A stretch of 32,696 nucleotides of DNA from Chitinivibrionales bacterium (GTDB lineage: Bacteria > Fibrobacterota > Chitinivibrionia > Chitinivibrionales > WJKA01). Below are positions 1 to 8,121 of the stretch, in pieces (within the stretch, counting starts at the first letter, position 1; every line of letters starts with the position of its first letter). Location: positions 1 through 32,696 of the forward strand of contig JBBRUX010000042.1 of assembly GCA_038247415.1 (NCBI GenBank), read 5' to 3'. A model generated the notes under the pieces. The model saw only the letters and a program-made list of their open reading frames with translations. It ran no database searches and was not told the origin of the DNA. Both the position numbers and the translations under genes were made by a program.

Positions 1-18
1 CCCGGAATGCCCAAAATC

Positions 19-120
19 TTATCTTGTCTATATTATTATCTTGTCTATATTATTATCTTGTCTATATTATTATCTTGTCTATATTATTATCTTGTCTATA
101 TTATTATCTTGTCTATATTA
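19..120. repeat. Perfect tandem repeat, 6 x 17 bp (TTATCTTGTCTATATTA; minus strand TAATATAGACAAGATAA), plus a partial TTAT at 121-124
   Basis: Read directly: identical units at 19-35, 36-52, 53-69, 70-86, 87-103 and 104-120, abutting the stop codon (121-123) of the giant minus-strand gene. Confidence 0.97.
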
Positions 121-3100
121 TTATTTCATCAGTATCATCGGTCTCGACATCCGATATTCCCCCGCAACAAGCATATACACATACGGCCCAGCGCCCATGG
201 TGCGGCCGAAATCATCGCGGCCATTCCAGACAACTCGATAGCGCCCGGGCCGAAATGCTGTGGTTGGGGAAATGATCTTTTTTACCAGCCGACCTTGCAT
301 GGTGTAAACATTGAGTACAACGGGCGAACGCTTGGGAAGATCGAAGCGTATAGTTGTAATTTGCCGAAACGGATTAGGGAAATTGTTGCCAAGCTTATAC
401 TCGGTGGGTATGCGAACCGACGGTCGCGCCAGCGCGAACTTTTCGTACTGGTCGGTATTATTACTAAAGTCAACTGCAACAAGCTTATACTGATACTGCA
501 CATCGTTATGAACATTATAGTCTATTATTCTGTATCGTTGTGGCCCGGGAGACGTTCCGCCTTTGGCTCCGGGAATAATTTGGTTATAAACAGGCACCCA
601 CGTAGTATCTTTTGTTCCAATACTCGTGTTTTTAAAAAGCATCTCTGCATTAGTCAACAAAGAATCTGGTTCCAGAGATCCGATAAGCGCCTTAGAAAGC
701 GAATCGTAAAAATGGGGCTCTACACGCCGATAGAGCATAAACCCAGAATTCTCATGTTCAGATTCGGTGCGCCATTGCAGCGTATCGTGGCCTTCTCCGC
801 CCGATGCCCAAAAGCCATCCATGGTTACCGCAAGGGTAGGGTCTCGCGCTATGTAAATATAACACGAATCGGAGAGATTGGTATCGAGCTGAATAAGAAG
901 CCTGTTATTGGTTCTATCTAAATAGCTCGAATACTGATACCCCTCTAAAAGCGTAACCGTATCCTTGACACCTGCTGTTGCATTGGTATAAATAAATATA
1001 TACGTGGGTTTTTCGGAGCCGGTGTAATTATTGATCTTGAATGCCGGATTGTACCGCGTCCATGTTTTGCCGTCGAGGCGAAAGTGCACGGTGTTATTCG
1101 ACGCCCGCATCACCCAGCAACCCTCGGCCTCGTTGAAGGCATTGGAATCGAGGTCGCCGTTTGCAAAATCGGAGGTGTCGGGGGTTCCGGTAATAAAATT
1201 CAGGGCGCTGCCTGCTGTAAGGATAGATCGTACTGTCGTGTCAATCTGCGCAGTGGAGGAGAAATCGCGGTAGATGTCGTAGTAAAGTGCCAGGCGATAG
1301 GTCGTATCCGCGGCATCGTAGCGGGTGGAGGTGCGCTCCTCCTGGTAGAGTTTCTTTTCCGTTGCGGTAGAGGAATATGCCGTGTCCTGAACAAAACTTG
1401 TGGTTGCCGTACCCTTGAGCGCCTTACTCTGGTAACCCTGCCAGGAGAAAGCAGCCCCATGGACGGTGGTGCCAGACGCATGATAGAAGCCCGACACGCG
1501 CGTGTCGGGAGAAGTGTTGTCCCAGTAGGGCGTTAGTAACGTACTACCGATGTTCGCCAGCCCCAGACCTGGCTGCATGGTGTCAATGGCCGAAGCTTTG
1601 TAGACCTGGAAGTAAGTAAATATCTTGCCGTCGGGGTAGATGGTGTATTGACGGCCAAAGACCAGGGAGTCGGTGCTACCAGTTGTGAACGTAGCATAGA
1701 TCGACATGGTTTGCGCGACGAGTGCGCCGGTACCCCATGAATTAGGAAGCGCGGCGTCCGGAATACCGGGGCCTCGCCAACGGAAGTCTCCTGACGATAT
1801 ACTCGTCAAATTGTAATCGTTGCTAGCATTTCCGCTATTCGCCCAAATAGAAAGCCAATACGTTCCTGCCGGCAAAGAAACATGACTTAAGGCGTTACCC
1901 GTCTTCCATCCTGTTGACGAAACTGAAAATTTGCTACATTCATCTTTCTTGGTATTAGGCGCGCCGGCATTATCGCCATAGATGCCCATCCTGATATCGA
2001 ATGTTGACGCTTGATTCTTAACATACACGCTGAAGCTGTTGATGACAGCCGTCTGGGGCAGGATTATCTTCTGGGCAATAAGGTAGGAATTGTCGAAATC
2101 ACCGTTGCCAGTGGTAGTGGTGGCCGTTTGACCGGCAGTAATGTTTGCTCCTCCTCCACCCACCTTCACCGTGTCCACGGTTAATCTCATGCGCACGCTG
2201 GAGCTTTCAGCCATTGTCACCGTGCGGTTGGCTGTGGTGGTAATGCTGGGGCCAGTAGTTGAGTCCCACTTTGCGCTGTTAGTAAAGCGGAAGCGAACTG
2301 GATTGAATATGCTGCCGGGAACTACAAGTGCCGTGCCGGCACTTTTGCTGTAAACCACCGCAAACACCTGGGTAACACGGGGTTGGGCCTGATCATTTGC
2401 ATGATATCCCCGCACCCCGATCTTCATTGCATTGACACCGCTCCATGTCCATGCGACGCTTGTGGCCGGATCGGTTGTCCATGTATTGGAAAAGTCCTTG
2501 TACGCTATTGTCAAGGCTGTCTGCTGGGTACCTATGTACAGCGCGATTCCGCTATAGACCACGGCTGCGGTATAGGTACCTGATTCCACAGATAGCACCC
2601 GTGCGCGATAGAAAACCTTCACACTATCAATGGTGGTAGAGCGGCCCGGGGGGTCTGAGGTTATATAATAATCGGTCTTCGTTGCCCAATCTCCACTTTC
2701 ATTATTAATAGTGGTGACGTCATTGTCGGTTGTGACCTCACTAACAGATGCCCAGTTAGAACTTCCTCCATAATTTAAGAAGGTAACCGTTCCATTTGCC
2801 GTTGGACGCACCGTGTCGGCGTAGCTTCCAGTCCCTACCCCATACTTACTATTCCACGCCACCCCCGGCGTTGTTTTCGAGCTCGAATACCAGCTTATCC
2901 CACCACACCCACCGGTTGTTCCGGTCCTCTTGTCAATCACAAGTGCAAAATGATTCGAATCTACAGTCCCAAGCGTTGTCCCCGCAAAATTCTTGATCAG
3001 CACCGTATCCGTCCCGGTGGTATAGGTCACCGGTGGAGGCGGATTAATCTGTCCATCTCCCGTTATGTCGTTATCGTCAACATATAACCTATCGGCACTT

Positions 3101-6100
3101 CCGGTGAGCACGGTGTCTAACCCTATTAGCAACTCGTGCTCTCTATTGTCAAATTTAATTTTATACCCGCTTACTGCATCTTGTGTTAGGGCAGTTCCAT
3201 TTAAGCGCACGCACGTTGCGCAGGGAGCTACGGTTGCCCAGTAATTGGTAATTTTAAACACTGGTAATACACGGTTTACCGATGATCCATGTATTGTTAT
3301 ACTTGCAGAATTATCGTTATTTGCCCGTACATAATATGCGCCTTCGTCGGGGAGATAACTATTTGCGGCAATAGACTTTACGCGAATAGGAAACAGTGTC
3401 TGATCATATAATCGCACATCGTCAATTCTTCCATTGAAGCTCGACCCTATAAGCAGATTGTGTGCTGTAGCGCTCACTGCCATTCCTGTTTTAATGGTGT
3501 CGACTATACCATCGAGATATAAGCGACCTTCTCCCGTATTTGAAAATGTTGCTGCAATATGATGCCACGTACTAATTGTTACTGGTTTTGAACCGGTTAG
3601 AGATATCCCATTGGTTGTTAGCTTAAGAAACCCTCCTGCACTGAGTTCGAGCTTATAGCCAAGATTTGCAGACCACCTACCTAGAATTGTTCCCGCAGCA
3701 TTACCATCGGCGTTTATCCATGCGCTTATGGTAAATCCTTGACTCGTGCAATCGTAGCGACTATGAGACGGCACCGTAACAACATCGGTTCCACCCAAAA
3801 AATCAAGGGCTGCATTTCTCTTGCCTGCTGCAGTCCATAAGGTTGCCGTGATTGTTCCCGTATTGGCATAACTGGTAAAATCACTTGCGGTGGTACCACT
3901 CCCCTCATCAAAGCGCCAGTGACCAACCAGCCCACGTTCCCATGCTTTTTCGGTTCCTTGCGATCCGAGAATAAAGTCGATGCTGTCGGGATACTTATAA
4001 TCATTAGCAAGCATATCGGTAATCGCATCGACTCCTGTGAGGAAATTCTGCGAAAAATCCGCTAAAAAATACCATTTCTTCTCTTGGCTAGTACTCAGCC
4101 AATTCGATGTTGACCATCCGGCAACCACCGGGTTAGTAGACAACGTATCAAACACAGGAATATAGGCAGCTTCGAGTGTGTCAAACGTGGCAAATACAAT
4201 ATCGAGAGCAGACGCACCATTATCAGAAAGTACTATATAAGGAGATGATGATGGTACTGCGGTCTTTTTTGAAATAGTAACTGTTCCATTTTTTAACCGC
4301 CCCACGCCAAATTGCAAGTTTTGCAAAGGAAAAGACCCTGTTACATTACTCTTTGTTGAAACTTCCATGTACATCTTGCCAGAACCATAAATAGAATAAA
4401 GAATATAGAATTGTTCCGAAGAGAGCGTAACCGTTTGACGAAGGCGTACTCGAAATGACGACGAATCTACCATTTCAAGGTTGCCACCTGTTCCCCTATT
4501 GCAGCGAACATTATTATATTCTAGCCCAAACAGAGGTGCACCTGGGCCTAGCTGGTTGGTTCCTGCGCCTGCAGATGCATTTGTCATTTTAACGCATGAT
4601 CCACCACTGTCTTCTTTAAAAACAAGCGACCACGCACTCGTATAAATCAATATGCTATCGTGTGTGGTTGACGAAGAAAGATTATGAACTACGGTAATGG
4701 CCCGCTGCCTATTTACGAGTGGACTTGCAACACAGGTAAGCAAAATATCGTTACTTCCTGTTCCTCCAGCATAGCTAATAGTAAAGAAATAAGTAGTTCC
4801 GCTGTAGGTGGCAGAAATATAGGCCCCTTCCGAGAGGCCCTCAAATGTAGAACCTCCATAGGTCCCTGTCGAAGTATTATCAACAATTCTATAGGTATGT
4901 CCTATTGTTGGAAAATACCCTAGTGTTAATGCAAGAGTTGCTGAACCAAGATTAAATGCTCCTGCCCCTGTTCCCGACCAGCTTAACGTATCGTTATTTG
5001 CATTGCCGTTTATGTGCGCAGAGAATAGTGCACCCGACGATAGGGTAATATTAGCGCTCGACGTCAGCTTAATTGACGACACATTGACACCAGGGGCAAG
5101 TGTTCCTCCTGAAGCCACGGTAACTGCACTGAGTATAGTTCCCGCTCCCTGCAGAGTCGCACCACTACTTATTGCTATGCCTCCTGCTGCAGAAATAGAC
5201 AAGCCCGCTGTAATTGACAACGTCCCATTTTTTACGGTATCAACACCCGTGGAAACTAGATTATTTGTCAACAAATTGAATAGTGCCCCACCACCGCACA
5301 AGCAGATATTGGTAAAACTTTTTCCGCCCGAATTTATACTTACCGAAGAAGCCGCATTAAACACCACAGTACCCGCTACACCGGGAGTAAACGTTGGAGT
5401 CCCACTTACGATCCAGTTACCTCCCATGGTGTCGGCTGCACTATTAGGGGCTGTAAACGTTCCGCTCGATAATGTAAAGTCGCTGGTGTTTTTTATTTTT
5501 CCGTTTGTTGCAGTAAGAACTCCCCCATTAATAACAAGCCCTGCAGTGGTCAATTTTCTTGTGTTTGTCGAAATATTCAGCGTACCAGCAGTAATGGTTG
5601 TTGTTCCCGCAATGGTAAGGTCGTTTGCAGCTACTGCAGTCCAGTCACCGCCAGCGCCGTTAATGGTTAAATTTTTTATGGTTTTTCCTGCAAGATCCAG
5701 TGTTTTGCCCGCTGCAGTACCTATAAGTGCTAGAGTGCCTGTACCTGGGGTGACCGACATACCCGCAACAAAGGTTGCGCTCCCGGAGTCGGAAAGTGTA
5801 TGTGAGGAAAAGTTAAAGGTGCCAATGTATCCTGTAAAGTCGAGTATTTTGCATGTAGCACTCGCTGTCATGTTGCACGTGGTGTCGCCTCGTGTTCCCG
5901 AGCCCGAAAATACCAGTGTGTCACCATTGGTGCGGGAGGTTGCCGGTGTTGACCCGCTCGCATCGGTAGTCCAGTTGCCCGGTGTATTGAAATTGGCGCT
6001 TCCGGCAACGGGATTCCAGTAAAGCTTCCGTGATGTGGTAGATGGATCTACCGTAACAACAAGCTCAATTTTTTTTGGCGTAGTGCCTGTGTTGATATTG

Positions 6101-7602
6101 ATGGTTCCCAAGTATCCAGGGGGCATTGTACCAACAGTGAGGGTGCCAGTTGCTGTACCAGTGTAAGTTATAACCGGATACGTGCCTGGGCCGGCAAATC
6201 CAACCCCGGTGCAATTAATGGTAGCGCTTGCAAGGGCGATGTTCGCGGCTAGACCAGTGCAGGCGATCTTGTCGCTTGCGCCGGTGGCTCCGAGTTCGTA
6301 ATTAAGGATGGTCTTTGTGTCGGTAGTAAGCACTGTTGCCGCGGATTTTGTTATTGTCAAGGTTCCAATACCCGCATTGCCCGGAGAGATGTAAAGAACC
6401 CCCGCGGTTCCACTGGCCGTTACAGTTCCTGCAATGGTGCCGTTTCCGGCAAGCGTTCCAGGCCCGTCGTTTACAATTACATTCCCGGCAATTGAACCCG
6501 TGATATTAAGGGTGCCTTCCTCAATAGTAGTCAGACCTGTGTAGGTGTTTGCGCCCGAAGTTGTCCAGGTTCCGGTTCCCCACTTAGTAAGAGTGCCTAC
6601 AGTAGTTCCAAGTATGCTGGCAATGCTGCTGCCTGTATTTGTACCGGTAAGACTTAACGCTGGGGTTGCAGAAGCAGTAATTGTACCGGTATTTGAAATG
6701 ATGATGTGGCCGTTATTTGACCCAATATAGACGCCCTGAGCTAAATTGATCAGGCCCTTATAGGTAGCCGCGGTAGAGGAAGTATTTGTGAGAGAATTTG
6801 TTGAGCTGTTGCCCGTGAGCGCGAGTGGTTCGGCTGTACCCAGTGAGTATCCATTTAGGTCAAGTACACAGCCCATTCCAATGACAGTATTTCCAACAAT
6901 TGTTCCCAACGGCGAATTGGTTGCGCCACCCGCAGCCCCGAGCTTGAGCGTTCCACCCGAAACATTGATAACGCCAGCGTAGGTATTGGACCCAGAGAGT
7001 GTCAACACCCCGGTGCCGGTATAGAAGAAAACGCCAGAATTCAGATTAATCACGCCGCTCAAAACGGCATTCCCTGCCCCTCGTACCGTAAGGTCATTTT
7101 CAGAAGAAGTGATTCCAGTGGACACTGTCAATGTCTTGCCAACTGCCACAGTCCAAGTGTTATAATCACCGAGAACGATATTTTGCGTGCCGCTGATCGT
7201 AAGATCCTGGTAGGCACAGTTAATGCCATTATCTCTAGCTATAAGGGTAAGTTCACCGGTGCTGTTGGTGATGGAGACCGGGCCCCCAGGGTTTGCTGCC
7301 ATGTTGATATATTGAATAGACAGCGCGCCAATATTCTGAATCGTGGCTCGGTTATTCGTTGATGTGGCATTAAACGTGACGTAGTCGGCTGAGGTAGGTC
7401 TAGCAGCGCCGTTCCAATTACCACTCACGCCTCCTGTGTCCCAGTTGGCACTTGTTCCACCACTCCAGACTTTGGATGCAGCAGCTACATTTCCCGTTGC
7501 AAGCGCAAGTATGATAATTGACAATAAGCATATACCACAATACGTGCTAAAAAGCAATTGTGCACCCTGTGAACTTAATGACTTTTTCTGGAACAATCCC
7601 AT
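121..7602 (-). CDS. Giant secreted adhesin-like protein (~2493 aa): signal peptide, autotransporter-associated beta-strand repeats, LamG/ConA-like domain, duplicated scaffold module, Ig-like domain, C-terminal T9SS type-A/FlgD-Ig sorting domain
   Basis: ORF 121..7632; ATG at 7602 preferred because of an upstream AAAGGA and a promoter at 7671-7699. Hydrophobic signal ends ...TGNVAA. PATR motifs LTLSGSNTYAGVINVSGGTL and GANTYTGLTTIEEGTL. LamG motif LVGHWRFDEGSGTTA...WHHIAATF...LYLDG...FNGRIDDVRLY. Pre-CTD motif LAVTMDGF..LQWRTESEHENSGF. CTD NNFPNPFRQITTIRFDLP...VYTMQGRLV...WNGRDDFG...G.YVY ending in K. Confidence 0.88.
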   Translation of the reverse strand: MGLFQKKSLSSQGAQLLFSTYCGICLLSIIILALATGNVAAASKVWSGGTSANWDTGGVSGNWNGAARPTSADYVTFNATSTNNRATIQNIGALSIQYINMAANPGGPVSITNSTGELTLIARDNGINCAYQDLTISGTQNIVLGDYNTWTVAVGKTLTVSTGITSSENDLTVRGAGNAVLSGVINLNSGVFFYTGTGVLTLSGSNTYAGVINVSGGTLKLGAAGGATNSPLGTIVGNTVIGMGCVLDLNGYSLGTAEPLALTGNSSTNSLTNTSSTAATYKGLINLAQGVYIGSNNGHIIISNTGTITASATPALSLTGTNTGSSIASILGTTVGTLTKWGTGTWTTSGANTYTGLTTIEEGTLNITGSIAGNVIVNDGPGTLAGNGTIAGTVTASGTAGVLYISPGNAGIGTLTITKSAATVLTTDTKTILNYELGATGASDKIACTGLAANIALASATINCTGVGFAGPGTYPVITYTGTATGTLTVGTMPPGYLGTININTGTTPKKIELVVTVDPSTTSRKLYWNPVAGSANFNTPGNWTTDASGSTPATSRTNGDTLVFSGSGTRGDTTCNMTASATCKILDFTGYIGTFNFSSHTLSDSGSATFVAGMSVTPGTGTLALIGTAAGKTLDLAGKTIKNLTINGAGGDWTAVAANDLTIAGTTTITAGTLNISTNTRKLTTAGLVINGGVLTATNGKIKNTSDFTLSSGTFTAPNSAADTMGGNWIVSGTPTFTPGVAGTVVFNAASSVSINSGGKSFTNICLCGGGALFNLLTNNLVSTGVDTVKNGTLSITAGLSISAAGGIAISSGATLQGAGTILSAVTVASGGTLAPGVNVSSIKLTSSANITLSSGALFSAHINGNANNDTLSWSGTGAGAFNLGSATLALTLGYFPTIGHTYRIVDNTSTGTYGGSTFEGLSEGAYISATYSGTTYFFTISYAGGTGSNDILLTCVASPLVNRQRAITVVHNLSSSTTHDSILIYTSAWSLVFKEDSGGSCVKMTNASAGAGTNQLGPGAPLFGLEYNNVRCNRGTGGNLEMVDSSSFRVRLRQTVTLSSEQFYILYSIYGSGKMYMEVSTKSNVTGSFPLQNLQFGVGRLKNGTVTISKKTAVPSSSPYIVLSDNGASALDIVFATFDTLEAAYIPVFDTLSTNPVVAGWSTSNWLSTSQEKKWYFLADFSQNFLTGVDAITDMLANDYKYPDSIDFILGSQGTEKAWERGLVGHWRFDEGSGTTASDFTSYANTGTITATLWTAAGKRNAALDFLGGTDVVTVPSHSRYDCTSQGFTISAWINADGNAAGTILGRWSANLGYKLELSAGGFLKLTTNGISLTGSKPVTISTWHHIAATFSNTGEGRLYLDGIVDTIKTGMAVSATAHNLLIGSSFNGRIDDVRLYDQTLFPIRVKSIAANSYLPDEGAYYVRANNDNSASITIHGSSVNRVLPVFKITNYWATVAPCATCVRLNGTALTQDAVSGYKIKFDNREHELLIGLDTVLTGSADRLYVDDNDITGDGQINPPPPVTYTTGTDTVLIKNFAGTTLGTVDSNHFALVIDKRTGTTGGCGGISWYSSSKTTPGVAWNSKYGVGTGSYADTVRPTANGTVTFLNYGGSSNWASVSEVTTDNDVTTINNESGDWATKTDYYITSDPPGRSTTIDSVKVFYRARVLSVESGTYTAAVVYSGIALYIGTQQTALTIAYKDFSNTWTTDPATSVAWTWSGVNAMKIGVRGYHANDQAQPRVTQVFAVVYSKSAGTALVVPGSIFNPVRFRFTNSAKWDSTTGPSITTTANRTVTMAESSSVRMRLTVDTVKVGGGGANITAGQTATTTTGNGDFDNSYLIAQKIILPQTAVINSFSVYVKNQASTFDIRMGIYGDNAGAPNTKKDECSKFSVSSTGWKTGNALSHVSLPAGTYWLSIWANSGNASNDYNLTSISSGDFRWRGPGIPDAALPNSWGTGALVAQTMSIYATFTTGSTDSLVFGRQYTIYPDGKIFTYFQVYKASAIDTMQPGLGLANIGSTLLTPYWDNTSPDTRVSGFYHASGTTVHGAAFSWQGYQSKALKGTATTSFVQDTAYSSTATEKKLYQEERTSTRYDAADTTYRLALYYDIYRDFSSTAQIDTTVRSILTAGSALNFITGTPDTSDFANGDLDSNAFNEAEGCWVMRASNNTVHFRLDGKTWTRYNPAFKINNYTGSEKPTYIFIYTNATAGVKDTVTLLEGYQYSSYLDRTNNRLLIQLDTNLSDSCYIYIARDPTLAVTMDGFWASGGEGHDTLQWRTESEHENSGFMLYRRVEPHFYDSLSKALIGSLEPDSLLTNAEMLFKNTSIGTKDTTWVPVYNQIIPGAKGGTSPGPQRYRIIDYNVHNDVQYQYKLVAVDFSNNTDQYEKFALARPSVRIPTEYKLGNNFPNPFRQITTIRFDLPKRSPVVLNVYTMQGRLVKKIISPTTAFRPGRYRVVWNGRDDFGRTMGAGPYVYMLVAGEYRMSRPMILMK

Positions 7603-7670
7603 GCAAGGGCATCCTTTAGAATTAATTGCCAAAGAAGCTGTTTAAATACTGGGGAGTTTATAACCCTCTC

Positions 7671-7699
7671 ATTATACCAAGGATCGAGTTAGAGGTCAA
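7671..7699 (-). promoter_or_regulatory. sigma70-type promoter for the giant adhesin gene
   Basis: Minus strand TTGACC-N17-TATAAT with an extended -10 TG (TTGACCTCTAACTCGATCCTTGGTATAAT), about 70 nt upstream of ATG 7602. Confidence 0.75.
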
Positions 7700-7984
7700 T
7701 TGTATTAATTTTTCATTTTACTTGGTATGTGTTTTATGCAGCACGCTCGAGTTGTTCGTCTTTCCAGAACTTCTAATGAGGCTTGGCTATAACATACTTG
7801 CTCTAAAACCAATTCCCTTGGGCGCCTACCTGCGGTACCGGCCCTTCTTACGTGCTCTTGCTTCGCAAGCTGGTCTGTTTAGCGCAAAAGGCAAAGGAAC
7901 CGCCTTGCGTAGAACTGAGGGATTTATTTACATTTGAACCTCACCACTTCGACCCGCTCAGTGCACCGGCCGTCCCCTATTCCT

Positions 7985-8020
7985 TACATCGTAGAAACAC
8001 CCAACCGGGGTTTTCAAGGC
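7985..8020 (+). repeat. GTAG-type REP-like palindromic repeat, degenerate copy 1
   Basis: TACATCGTAGAAACACCCAACCGGGGTTTTCAAGGC; 30/36 identical to 10266-10301. Confidence 0.7.
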
Positions 8021-8121
8021 CATTCCCCGCCCAAAAACACTCCAATTTTCCTAGCCCTCTCCTGATATCATATATTTTTAACTATACTCACAAAATCATC
8101 CTTTTTCTAGAAATTCCCCGT

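Noticed and set aside
19..120. CRISPR array
   Set aside because: Units are contiguous with no unique spacers, are only 17 bp long, and there are no cas genes in the window.
7..921. Plus-strand ORFs 7..921, 24..275 and 41..241 with an LSCLYYYLVYIIILSIL repeat resembling a membrane protein
   Set aside because: Artefact of translating the 17-bp array, which has no stop on the plus strand; the remainder is antisense to the adhesin's coding sequence.
5003..6022. 339-aa plus-strand ORF and other antisense ORFs within the large genes
   Set aside because: Shadow frames of Gly/Thr/Ala-rich or housekeeping genes, with no recognisable motifs.
121..7602. Diversity-generating retroelement target
   Set aside because: No reverse transcriptase in the window, and I saw no near-identical TR/VR pair differing at adenines; the internal duplication is highly diverged and visible only at protein level.
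7626..8121. ORF 7626..7937 and the 90-aa N-terminal extension of the GH36 ORF
   Set aside because: They run through a promoter and palindromic repeats and have no protein-like features; ATG 8122 gives a typical GH36 length.
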